This document shows positions 8,156-16,293 of a DNA stretch of 41,534 nt, in pieces. Positions within the stretch are counted from its first letter, which is position 1. The number at the start of each line of letters is the position of its first letter. The DNA is from a virus. Its lineage: Duplodnaviria; Caudoviricetes. Made by a program: the position numbers and the translations under genes. Location: positions 1 through 41,534 of the IMG/VR virus record IMGVR_UViG_3300027653_000027, one strand, 5' to 3'. A model generated the notes under the pieces. It was not told the origin of the DNA, ran no database searches, and was given only the letters and a program-made list of their open reading frames with translations.

Positions 8156-9108
8156 GATGGATACCCTTCTGCAAAACTACCTTGAAGGTTGGCCTTGCTG
8201 TATTCAAAGATTTCCCTCTCAAAGAAATTACCAAAGGTGGTTCCTGTAAGCCAATCAACCCAAGGAAGGGGGTTTTCTTTAATGTGCCAATTAGGCTTCA
8301 GTCCAAGCTGCTTCAAACGGTAGTCAGCAATATATCGAATATATTTCTTGACATCTTTAGGGTCAAGATTGCTTACACCTCCCATGGAGAATGTCTTGTC
8401 AATAAACTTGTCCTCCAAGGACACCACTGTCCGAGCTGTCTCATATATTTCCTTCTTCCATTCATCATTTACAATGCGAGGATGTTCCTCTGTAAACACT
8501 CGGAATAGCTTGGCCAGACCCTCAGCATGAAGAAACTCATCCAAGATAGACCATTTGTTCAAGTCACACATTCCGGGCAATTTACCCAGCCTATCGAAGT
8601 TTAGAAGAATGGCAAAGGAAGCAAACAAGCTAACCCCCTCAAGGAACACTTGCTTTGCAATATAACCACCAATCTCTGAATAACTGTTCCCAATACTCTC
8701 TACGAAATATTCATGCTTGGCCTTCATTTCAGCATACTCTAAGAATTCATGATAGAACTCTTGACCCATACCTAATGTATCAGACAGAAGAGCGTAGCCC
8801 CTAACATGGATAAATTCTCTTGCTGCGAAACTACCCAACATAGCACGGACATCGTTGTTTTTGAATACAGGGATGAGCTTGTCATAATAACCCCCACTAA
8901 CGTCAAAATCTTGTTGTGTAAATAGACGAAGGATGTTGGTGATGAGGGCTTTCTCTTCATCTGTAATAATCCCCGTCTTCCATTGCTCTACATCTTTCTG
9001 TAGCTTTACTTCATCTTCTGTCCAATGAATTCGCTCATGTTTCTTGGCAAGCTCAATTAGATCGTGATATTGGGGGTTATACACCCCCGTTGATTTAATT
9101 ACTGACAA
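8152..9108 (-). CDS. nrdB: ribonucleotide reductase class Ia beta subunit
   Basis: Di-iron/tyrosyl motifs REFIHVRGY, LEGVSLFASF, DEFLH, NFFE; start moved to TTG 9108 after AAGGAGG. Confidence 0.95.
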   Translation of the reverse strand: MSVIKSTGVYNPQYHDLIELAKKHERIHWTEDEVKLQKDVEQWKTGIITDEEKALITNILRLFTQQDFDVSGGYYDKLIPVFKNNDVRAMLGSFAAREFIHVRGYALLSDTLGMGQEFYHEFLEYAEMKAKHEYFVESIGNSYSEIGGYIAKQVFLEGVSLFASFAILLNFDRLGKLPGMCDLNKWSILDEFLHAEGLAKLFRVFTEEHPRIVNDEWKKEIYETARTVVSLEDKFIDKTFSMGGVSNLDPKDVKKYIRYIADYRLKQLGLKPNWHIKENPLPWVDWLTGTTFGNFFEREIFEYSKANLQGSFAEGYPS

Positions 9109-9118
9109 TCTTTCCTCC

Positions 9119-10963
9119 TTATCCTTGGCACCCAATGCAATCGGCATCATCCTGCCAATCAGCAAGGGCCACTCTATCAATCTCTTTAGTAACTTCCACT
9201 TTCACTTCTCTCGACATACGACAGTAGTAGAGAGTTTTTAGGTGTGGGGCTTTAAGAGCCTTCAAATGAACACTGTTGAAATATGCAGCATCCACTCCTG
9301 CTGGGAAGAACAAGTTGGTAGAAGCAGCTTGACAGATGTATTGCTGTCTGTGGTCTGCTTGCTCTACCACCCAGTGTTGATCAATCTCAAAGGCTGTTTT
9401 AAACAATGCTTTCTCTTCATCTGTCAAACAATCAAGAGACTGAACACTTCCTCCATCCTTTACAATTTTCTTCCATTGTTCATTTTGCCATTGCTCGTCG
9501 CCTTTCTCTTTCAGCAGCTTCTCAAGATATTTATTCTTGACAAGGAATGTTCCAGCTCTTGTGGAGTGGGTGTAGGCATTAGAGGACACAGGCTCGATAG
9601 CAGGGCTTGTTCCCAGGATAATACTATTGTTGCTTGTAGGGGCAATGGCAAGCAATCTTGAACCTCTCAACCCTGTTCCCTTCATATCGGGAGCTTCCCC
9701 ACGCTCTTCAGCAAGTTTTCTGCTCTCAGCTACAGCCTTCTCTTTAATGTCCGAGAACACCATGTGTGTATGCTGGATAGCACTATTGAAACCACCTGTC
9801 TCGAAAGGGATTCCATGCTTTTGCAAGTAATAATGCCAACCCATAGCTCCAATTCCAATGGCCCTTTCCATCTTTGCTGAATAAACAGCTTTAGACAATT
9901 CTTTGGGAGCATTGTCAATGAAGTATTGAAGGACGTTATCCAAGAAACGTGTTAGGTCTGCCACAAGAGTGGTGTCTTTCCACTCATCATACTTCTCAAG
10001 ATTAAGACTTGAGAGGCAACATACAGCAGTTCTCTCTTCGTTTGTTGGCAATGTGATTTCAGAACACAAGTTACTCCCCTTTACAGCAAGCCCTTTATCA
10101 AGCTGTGTTTTAGGGGTGGTTCTACGTTCAGCATCAATCTTGAAGATATAAGGCTCTCCTGTGAGTGCTCTTGTTTCAAGAATGTCTTCCCAAATATCTC
10201 TTGCATTCACTGTGTCCCGAACATCTCCAGAATGAGGGCATACAAGGTCGAACTTCTCATCTTTTAGGACAGCCTCAATGAATTCGTCTGTAACATTTAC
10301 AGCATTGTGAAACTGTGTTCTATTATCTGCCTTACGTCCACTATCTCCACCAGAAGGAACACGGAATTTAATAAACTCTACAATGTCTGGATGGTTAACA
10401 TCCATGTAGTAGGCCATGCTTCCCCGTCGAGTGATAGACTGTCGGAAGTAACCAATAGAAGCATCCAACACCTTCATGAAGGGGATAGGGCCGGGGGCTT
10501 TGTTAGTCACTGCTCTGATTGAGTTGTGTGCCCCTACACCGCCTCCAGCTACAGACAAAGCTGCAATTTCTTTCTGGACATCCATCTGGCCTACAATGTT
10601 ATCTGGGCAGTCAAGGAGATAACATGAGATGGGCATAGAAGGTTCTTTAGTGCCTTTCCACAGAATCTGACGGTCGTATCCGTCTTCCCAAAACTCTTTG
10701 CGTTTGTACGAATATGTGCTCCATGTTCCTTCAGGAGCATTGCTCAAAATAGGTGAGGCAAACATAAACCAGCCTTTGTAGGCCGCATCGTAAACTCTCT
10801 GAGCTAATCCATAATCCCCATAGCAAAATGCTGTAGCTGCCCTTGCAAGTGCTTTAGGGATAGCCTCTCCCTTACGAACATAATAGTCTGTCAATAGTTT
10901 TTCTGAGAATTCATTAACGTATTCTGGATTCTCTTTGTGAATATTAATTCCTAAATGCTTCAT
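9119..10963 (-). CDS. nrdA: ribonucleotide reductase class Ia alpha subunit (no ATP cone)
   Basis: SPILSN, PISCY, RRGS, GSNLCSEI, AIAPT, TLYY and C-terminal CIGCQG. Confidence 0.97.
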   Translation of the reverse strand: MKHLGINIHKENPEYVNEFSEKLLTDYYVRKGEAIPKALARAATAFCYGDYGLAQRVYDAAYKGWFMFASPILSNAPEGTWSTYSYKRKEFWEDGYDRQILWKGTKEPSMPISCYLLDCPDNIVGQMDVQKEIAALSVAGGGVGAHNSIRAVTNKAPGPIPFMKVLDASIGYFRQSITRRGSMAYYMDVNHPDIVEFIKFRVPSGGDSGRKADNRTQFHNAVNVTDEFIEAVLKDEKFDLVCPHSGDVRDTVNARDIWEDILETRALTGEPYIFKIDAERRTTPKTQLDKGLAVKGSNLCSEITLPTNEERTAVCCLSSLNLEKYDEWKDTTLVADLTRFLDNVLQYFIDNAPKELSKAVYSAKMERAIGIGAMGWHYYLQKHGIPFETGGFNSAIQHTHMVFSDIKEKAVAESRKLAEERGEAPDMKGTGLRGSRLLAIAPTSNNSIILGTSPAIEPVSSNAYTHSTRAGTFLVKNKYLEKLLKEKGDEQWQNEQWKKIVKDGGSVQSLDCLTDEEKALFKTAFEIDQHWVVEQADHRQQYICQAASTNLFFPAGVDAAYFNSVHLKALKAPHLKTLYYCRMSREVKVEVTKEIDRVALADWQDDADCIGCQG

Positions 10964-10996
10964 TTCATCATTTCCTTTTCTCCATAATATAAAGAC

Positions 10997-11041
10997 AAAA
11001 AAGGAGAGAAGGAGAACATTTAAGTATTCCCCATTCTCTCC
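10997..11041 (-). terminator. long intrinsic terminator between the tRNA operon and nrdA
   Basis: Minus strand GGAGAGAA-T-GGGGAATA...TGTTCTCC-TTCTCTCC plus T6; G-U pairs favour the minus strand. Confidence 0.7.
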
Positions 11042-11071
11042 ACCAATGTTCTTGTTTTAATTTAGTTGTTG

Positions 11072-11199
11072 TTGGTAAATGACGACCTCACCGCCTGCCT
11101 TAGTCGTCTCGGGGTGTTGTCTCTCCCACCCTCCCGAACTTCACCTACACATAGCTGTAGCAAGTTCCCTCAAGAGATGCTATGTCCCTTAGAGCCAAT
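11072..11199 (+). ncRNA. candidate ~130-nt structured RNA with C-rich loops
   Basis: Stems GACGAC/GTCGTC, GGGGTGT/ATGTCCC, TGTCTCT/AGAGATG, GAACTT/AAGTTC, CTACA/TGTAG; G-U pairs favour the + strand. Confidence 0.4.
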
Positions 11200-11203
11200 T
11201 TCT

Positions 11204-11401
11204 TTAAACTCTGCTATTCCACTTTTTAGCCACTTGAGCCTTCATGATTTCAAAATCTTCGTCCTCTTCTGGATCGAAGTCGAACCAACCACAATTGGGA
11301 CAATTGACCCTATGGCATCCGTCACAATAATATTCATCCTTACAAAATTTAACACTGCTCCCACAGAAGGGGCAGTCTTTAAGTTTAGGGTCTTCTGCCA
11401 T
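11204..11401 (-). CDS. Lar-family (restriction alleviation) zinc-binding protein
   Basis: LKDCPFCG...VNCPNCG...KKWNSR; start moved to ATG 11401 after AAGGAG because the longer start overlaps a tRNA. Confidence 0.7.
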   Translation of the reverse strand: MAEDPKLKDCPFCGSSVKFCKDEYYCDGCHRVNCPNCGWFDFDPEEDEDFEIMKAQVAKKWNSRV

Positions 11402-11420
11402 TATAACTCCTTTGGTTGTT

Positions 11421-11495
11421 TGGTGGGCCATGGTGGAATCAAACCACCCTCTACCTGTTATGAGCAGGCGGCTTTCATCAGTAAGCTAATGGCCC
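11421..11495 (-). tRNA. tRNA with CAU anticodon, probably Ile2 (lysidine) rather than Met
   Basis: Cloverleaf GGGCCAT/ATGGCCC-ACCA, loop CTCATAA; G1-C72 argues against fMet; C4-G69 and C5-G68 are TilS determinants; T-loop variant TTTGA. Confidence 0.85.
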
Positions 11496-11534
11496 AATGA
11501 TTTGGTTCTAATTAACACTACATTCATTTAAAAT

Positions 11535-12110
11535 TTAGGGGATACCATTTTCCTGCCTCAGTCTCCATATCTTGCTTCTGTCTATTCCAAGTTCATCTGA
11601 TATCTTGTAATCAGACATACCCTCCTTCCTAAATACACCTATTTTAGTCAAAAGCTCTTCCGGTATCTCCATCCTCTTTTTCCCTAACCAGACTCCTTTA
11701 GCCCTGCTATAGAGAGCATTGCAACGTCTGCTACAAAATTTATTAAAATTTATCCTGATTTTACTTTTTTCTCTGAGGAAAGGGGCGTTGCAATGGTCGC
11801 AAACCAATTCCAAGAAAACTCTTCCCGCACTTTCTTTTCGAGTTTTCTCTCGATGCTCTTCTACCGTTAAAGCTTGAAGATTAGAAAGACAGTCATTTGT
11901 CTTGTCACCATCTATATGGTCAACCTCGTATCCATCTTCTAACATCCTTCCTTGATTAACAGAGAACAAATATCTCGCATAAGAAGTTGTTGTTCTATCG
12001 CTGTTGGAATTGAAAAGATATACCATCTTCCTTCCCTCACTTCCTACTCTCAGGTACCCTACTTTCCAGAGAGACTTGTAAGGCTCCTGTAATTCTATCT
12101 TACTACTCAC
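11535..12110 (-). CDS. free-standing HNH homing endonuclease within the tRNA cluster
   Basis: VDHIDGDKTNDCLSNL...EH, CxxC...FCSRRC zinc finger, C-terminal HTH; AGGAGG RBS. Confidence 0.9.
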   Translation of the reverse strand: MSSKIELQEPYKSLWKVGYLRVGSEGRKMVYLFNSNSDRTTTSYARYLFSVNQGRMLEDGYEVDHIDGDKTNDCLSNLQALTVEEHREKTRKESAGRVFLELVCDHCNAPFLREKSKIRINFNKFCSRRCNALYSRAKGVWLGKKRMEIPEELLTKIGVFRKEGMSDYKISDELGIDRSKIWRLRQENGIP

Positions 12111-12152
12111 AAAGCCTCCTTATAAATTTTCCTTGCTCCTGAATGCCCTCTG

Positions 12153-12228
12153 CGTTCCTAGCTGGATTCGAACCAGCAACCTACGGCTTAGAAGGCCGTT
12201 GCTCTAATCCTGATTGAGCTACAGGAAC
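12153..12228 (-). tRNA. tRNA-Arg(UCU), no encoded CCA
   Basis: GTTCCTG/TAGGAAC acceptor, anticodon loop CTTCTAA, GGTTCGAATCC T-arm. Confidence 0.95.
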
Positions 12229-12253
12229 GGAGAGGACACTCTTCTTACTCGTT

Positions 12254-12329
12254 TGGAGCGTCTGGAGGAATTTGAATCCTCACTTTCAGGGTGGAAGCCT
12301 GACGTGCTAACCATTAACACCACAGACGC
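12254..12329 (-). tRNA. tRNA-Gly(UCC)
   Basis: GCGTCTG/CAGACGC-TCCA acceptor, anticodon loop CTTCCAC. Confidence 0.93.
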
Positions 12330-12352
12330 TTTGTTCTTCAATTCATACACCT

Positions 12353-12380
12353 ATTGTATCATGGATTTCCCATCTGTCAA
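12353..12380 (-). promoter_or_regulatory. promoter of the tRNA cluster (conserved phage promoter motif)
   Basis: TTGACA-gatgggaaatccaTGa-TACAAT on the minus strand. Confidence 0.8.
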
Positions 12381-12383
12381 CCC

Positions 12384-12800
12384 TTATTTGCCCTTCTCTT
12401 TAACAATCTTCTCAATGGTATTCCAACTGCTGCTCCGAGGAGCGACATAATCTTTCCTAAAAGACCCATACTTTTTCTGGAACATCTGTTTTGCAATATC
12501 CCTATAAATATTTCCTGTGCTTGCAACTCCATCAATGACGATGTAGACAGGGATTAGAGCAATATTCAGCACTGACACAATCCAATTGTAGTAACGATGC
12601 AGAAATGCTCCATCTTCCCTGTAAAACAAGACATAGTTATCAAAGATGCTCACTTTCCGAGCCACAATCTCTCTAGCTTCCTTCCGAGACAGCTTAACCT
12701 TCTTGTATCCCAGATCACGTGGGTCTTGGTAAACATATGTTGTCTTTGGAATGAACACACATGATAACTTATTCTTAATCTTTGTCAACACTTCCTTCAT
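12384..12800 (-). CDS. hypothetical protein with a hydrophobic segment
   Basis: Likely start MKEVLTK at 12800; WIVSVLNIALIPVYIVI. Confidence 0.65.
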   Translation of the reverse strand: MKEVLTKIKNKLSCVFIPKTTYVYQDPRDLGYKKVKLSRKEAREIVARKVSIFDNYVLFYREDGAFLHRYYNWIVSVLNIALIPVYIVIDGVASTGNIYRDIAKQMFQKKYGSFRKDYVAPRSSSWNTIEKIVKEKGK

Positions 12801-13083
12801 CTTTAATTTGGACACTTTTCTGTTGCTCCTCCTTCTCTTTCTCAGCTCTCCACTCAGCCATACGCTTCTCAAAAGCCTCTTCCCATTTATCTACATGGAC
12901 AGTTTGATCTTTTGTGAAGAGCTTATGACCATTTCCATTCTTACCTGCTGCCTTCATCTTAGGAAGCACTTTCCTGTTGTGTTTACGGAGCCATTTAGCT
13001 CTTGTAAGTTTCATTGTTCCTTTGATGCCGTGTCTTTTATTGTTCTTAATAGACCAAGCCAATTGTTCTGGTGTTTGTGACAT
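12775..13083 (-). CDS. basic hypothetical protein
   Basis: AGGAGGAG RBS before MSQTPEQ at 13083. Confidence 0.75.
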   Translation of the reverse strand: MSQTPEQLAWSIKNNKRHGIKGTMKLTRAKWLRKHNRKVLPKMKAAGKNGNGHKLFTKDQTVHVDKWEEAFEKRMAEWRAEKEKEEQQKSVQIKDEGSVDKD

Positions 13084-13259
13084 TAATTCTCCTCCTTTAC
13101 AATATACCTCAAGAAGCCTTCTAAAACTACGTAGAATCAATTTTAAGCCCTAAGCAGTAGGGTAGCTTACCTATCGCCCCTATCGTCGCTTACAGAGCCT
13201 CTAATCAAGGAATTTCACTATCTTTGGGACACCTATGATGTATGATGTAGAGTGTTATG

Positions 13260-13616
13260 TCAATAGTGTATGATTCTAACAGGTTTTCCAGCATTCATCA
13301 TCTGTTCAATCATGTTGGCTGTGCCCCTACTCTCAGAGTCCCACAAAGCAATAAGACAATCTGCATACTCTTTCATTTCAGCATTACGGATATATCCAGC
13401 AGCCTTTCCGTGTTTATCCCAATCAGCTTTGAACACAGAAAGATTATACCCCATTTCTTTAGCGATGTCTTCACCAAACTTATCAGCTCCTCTGGCTCCT
13501 CCAGACACAACCTCAATTTCATCCAGAGGATGATTTGACAACAGGTGTAAGATTTGTTGTTTGTGTTTCTGTTGGGGAATGTAATCTCTTCCCCCTGCAA
13601 TAATTACTTTGAGCAT
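13260..13616 (-). CDS. SLOG family YspA-like (DUF2493) protein
   Basis: IIAGGRDY, VVSGGARGAD, ADWDKHGKAAGYIRNAEM, SRGTANM. Confidence 0.9.
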   Translation of the reverse strand: MLKVIIAGGRDYIPQQKHKQQILHLLSNHPLDEIEVVSGGARGADKFGEDIAKEMGYNLSVFKADWDKHGKAAGYIRNAEMKEYADCLIALWDSESRGTANMIEQMMNAGKPVRIIHY

Positions 13617-13642
13617 GTCTCCTCCTTAAATCATCTCTATCA

Positions 13643-13670
13643 ATTGTATCATGGATTTCTCCCTTGTCAA
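13643..13670 (-). promoter_or_regulatory. leftward promoter of a divergent pair
   Basis: TTGACA-agggagaaatccaTGa-TACAAT on the minus strand. Confidence 0.8.
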
Positions 13671-13715
13671 GGGATATGTCTAAATAATTATCTGATAATT
13701 TTTATTGCAAGGGGG

Positions 13716-13743
13716 TTGACAGGTGGGAAATCCATGATACAAT
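13716..13743 (+). promoter_or_regulatory. rightward promoter of the divergent pair, driving an ORF-free region
   Basis: TTGACA-ggtgggaaatccaTGa-TACAAT. Confidence 0.8.
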
Positions 13744-13749
13744 ACCCTA

Positions 13750-14240
13750 TGTAGATGTAAAAGTATCTACGACATTCTCACTTTGTCGGCCACTAAAGCA
13801 AACGCTCGGGTGGGAATGTGTAAGGCACAAGAGGGGCCAATCCAAGGTGCAACCTAAGCTCTAGCTTCAAATGGGTGGATTGCCTTTAGTAGGAAAGGAT
13901 ATGTTGAAGTAATGAGGACACCCTACTGTGAATCCTCATCTGGCGGTAGCAATCACTACAGTTGCTATCCGGCTGCCCTCATGGCAGCAATCTATTCTTA
14001 TCTGAGTTTGGAAGGGGAGAGATATTCTTATCTCTTTATGTAGTTCCAAAGCAGGTTAGAAGGATCAGGGTACAGGAGTCTAAGGGAAGTCTAGGCATCG
14101 TTGGCTGAAGAGTCAACAAGGAGATAATAAATATCTCTTAGGATGTATGGCTCCCCTAGGCGGAGCTGTATCTGGAATCTTTCTAAACTGGTTTGGAAGG
14201 GTATATATTAATTATATCCTTAATATTATTCTTTAAGGTA
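13750..14240 (+). ncRNA. candidate large highly structured non-coding RNA (~450-490 nt)
   Basis: Strong promoter, no ORF of 60 aa or more, over a dozen contiguous stems with G-U pairs on the + strand, two loop-mediated pairings; 3' end uncertain. Confidence 0.65.
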
Positions 14241-14610
14241 TCTTATAGGTAATGATCTATATACAATCATTATCATCATTAGTTCTCTATAATAGTTAAG
14301 ATAGTTAGTAGTCTGTTGTAATCATCTTAATTTAATTATAATTAAGAGTAAATGATAATCATTATCTACCTATACAGATATGAATAGTAATCACCTCTCA
14401 TTAAATATCAATCGTGTTCTAAATATCTAATAACTATTTTCTATTACCTATTGACAAGTGATATATCATGGATGCATATCTACATACAGGTGTATACGTC
14501 ATCAATTCATTATCATACATATTTCCTCCCATAATTGGATATGATGATAGGGAATGATGGATATATATATATATATATATATTTACCCAATCCATCACTC
14601 CCCCTCTACA
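14200..14610. other. AT-rich origin-like tract with (AT)11 inside an imperfect inverted repeat
   Basis: Very AT-rich; recurring TCATTATC/ATGATA words; GGGAATGATGGAT-(AT)n-ATCCATCACTCCC at about 14550-14602. Confidence 0.4.
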
Positions 14611-14730
14611 TGTAGAACGTTTACTTACATGCTATTTTGTTGACCCCTGAATGTATGTACAAATACAAAGATACAAAGTATCCACCCATGTTCAATGACT
14701 CCTGAAGTAGTCTATATAGTCCTGTAAACC

Positions 14731-15030
14731 TTATTTAGGAATACTGCTGGACGGAGAGGGTCTTGTTCCTACCCCACGACAGGTGTAATTCCCACTTCCA
14801 CTGCCCTGTTTACAGCTCTTCACAGAGTAGAATCCTTTCCCATAAACATGGTCTACGTATTGCTGAGCTAACAATCTGTTTCGTGTTCTGAAGAACAGAA
14901 GGTCTCCTGTAGCGAGCTGTATGAAATACTTCGCAGGCTCATTGAAGATGAATTTCCCTGTGTCTGGATCATACACTTCAATCTCATCTTCAGGGACAAG
15001 GACAGTTTTCACTTTAGGGATATCAGACAT
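14731..15030 (-). CDS. hypothetical protein
   Basis: CAGGAG RBS before MSDIPKV at 15030; own promoter upstream. Confidence 0.7.
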   Translation of the reverse strand: MSDIPKVKTVLVPEDEIEVYDPDTGKFIFNEPAKYFIQLATGDLLFFRTRNRLLAQQYVDHVYGKGFYSVKSCKQGSGSGNYTCRGVGTRPSPSSSIPK

Positions 15031-15059
15031 AAATCTCTCCTGTTTTGAAACGAACAAAA

Positions 15060-15088
15060 ATAATACCACCAAACAGGCATCCAGTCAA
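15060..15088 (-). promoter_or_regulatory. sigma70 promoter
   Basis: TTGACT-17 nt-TATTAT on the minus strand. Confidence 0.65.
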
Positions 15089-15112
15089 CATGAGATAATT
15101 TTTAATTACCTA

Positions 15113-15140
15113 TTGACAATGCAAGATTCCATGATATAAT
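15113..15140 (+). promoter_or_regulatory. sigma70 promoter (conserved phage motif)
   Basis: TTGACA-atgcaagattccaTGa-TATAAT. Confidence 0.8.
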
Positions 15141-15171
15141 ATATACTATATTAATAAGATTAAAGGGGGAG

Positions 15172-15789
15172 ATGAGGATGAATGATATTGAGATGAAGCC
15201 GTCACAGGTGATTGTTCGTAGTATCCAGCACACAGAATATAATCTATACCTTCACGGAGAGATTGGCAGTCCAGATGATTTCATGGAGCATTTTGCTGTA
15301 TTTAAAACAGCCGGTGAAGGGGATTTGATTAGGTTGTATATCAATAGTCCAGGAGGAAGTCTGAGTACAGGTCAGCAATTGATTACACACATGAGAGAGT
15401 GTCAAGCATATATTGTTGCTGTCCTTGGTGTAGAAGTGGCTTCTATGGCCTCCGCCATTGCTCTTGAAGCTGATGAGGTAGAAATTGATGAGTTATCTAC
15501 AATGCTCGTCCATTCCCTGAGTTACAGAGTAGGAGGAACTGAAAACAGTGTCTACACGCAAGCATTATTCAATAATAAACTTAACGAGCGATGGGTGAAG
15601 TCTACATACGGAGACTTTCTAACAGAGACTGAATTGGGCGATATTCTCAAAGGGGTGGATATTATCCTTGATGCCGAACAGATAGCTGAACGATGGAATG
15701 CACGACAGCAGAGCCGATGTGGATGTGAGCATTGTTTGGATGAGAGTGAAGAAATCTCAGAATATCAGGAAGGGGATACTAAGTGTTAG
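15172..15789 (+). CDS. ClpP-like serine protease
   Basis: LYLHGEIG, LYINSPGG, VASMAS (catalytic Ser), MLVH. Confidence 0.85.
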   Translation: MRMNDIEMKPSQVIVRSIQHTEYNLYLHGEIGSPDDFMEHFAVFKTAGEGDLIRLYINSPGGSLSTGQQLITHMRECQAYIVAVLGVEVASMASAIALEADEVEIDELSTMLVHSLSYRVGGTENSVYTQALFNNKLNERWVKSTYGDFLTETELGDILKGVDIILDAEQIAERWNARQQSRCGCEHCLDESEEISEYQEGDTKC

Positions 15790-15793
15790 ATAA

Positions 15794-16120
15794 ATGGAGG
15801 CAGGGATGTTTGTTAGGTTTTTAGTGAACTGGGTAAAGGATACATTGTTTGGTCTTTCTTACTTAAACGAATATAGCAAAGAGTGGGACCAAGAACTTAA
15901 AGAGCTTATTCAGGAATACGGAGATACAGCAACAACGGATGGATTTGTTGTCACACTAAACGACATTAATGTGTGGATAAGACATGGATACTATTATTAC
16001 GGACATAAGTTCTCATGGTCAACAGAATATAGACCTTCTGTTCTCACTATGTATAAACTGAGAAAGCTGCAAGAAAGATTAGATAAGAATAAAGAGAAAG
16101 AAGATGAAGACACCTTATAG
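15794..16120 (+). CDS. hypothetical protein
   Basis: 108-aa ORF in the operon after the ClpP-like gene. Confidence 0.7.
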   Translation: MEAGMFVRFLVNWVKDTLFGLSYLNEYSKEWDQELKELIQEYGDTATTDGFVVTLNDINVWIRHGYYYYGHKFSWSTEYRPSVLTMYKLRKLQERLDKNKEKEDEDTL

Positions 16121-16277
16121 AAGCATTACAATGGAAGAGGAGTTGGAGAGATTCCTAATCGAAGAGGGGGAAGAATATCTGTTAGAAGAAGATGACCCTT
16201 TTTTCAAATGGGAATATGCCTTTGAATCTAAAACAGAGATTGATTCTCAATTCAGGAATATTTATCCTTTGTATTAA
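16104..16277 (+). CDS. small acidic hypothetical protein (57 aa)
   Basis: MKTPYRSITMEEELERFL...NIYPLY; fills the gap up to the next promoter. Confidence 0.55.
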   Translation: MKTPYRSITMEEELERFLIEEGEEYLLEEDDPFFKWEYAFESKTEIDSQFRNIYPLY

Positions 16278-16293
16278 ATAAACCAATTAGGAC

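Noticed and set aside
8152-10963. Intein or intron in nrdA/nrdB
   Set aside because: Both ORFs are continuous and of compact length
11072-11199. Cobalamin riboswitch upstream of nrdA
   Set aside because: Only a vague GGGAA...GGTGAAGTTC resemblance on the minus strand; no B12 box; G-U pairs favour the opposite strand
11066-11500. Plus-strand 144-aa ORF (also 12214-12450)
   Set aside because: Antisense to tRNA genes and the Lar-like gene; no RBS or recognisable protein
12111-12152. Theta/HDV-like ribozyme after the CCA-less tRNA-Arg
   Set aside because: The trailer is only about 40 nt before the HNH start and I could not build the nested double pseudoknot
13110-13255. Small hairpins in the intergenic gap (CCCTA/TAGGG, GGTA/TACC)
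   Set aside because: Stems are too short to distinguish from chance
13750-14240. tmRNA, RNase P RNA, group I/II intron or retron ncRNA identity
   Set aside because: No T-arm/CCA end, no GAGGAAAGUCC, no P/Q/R/S core or domain V seen, no interrupted gene and no reverse transcriptase in the window
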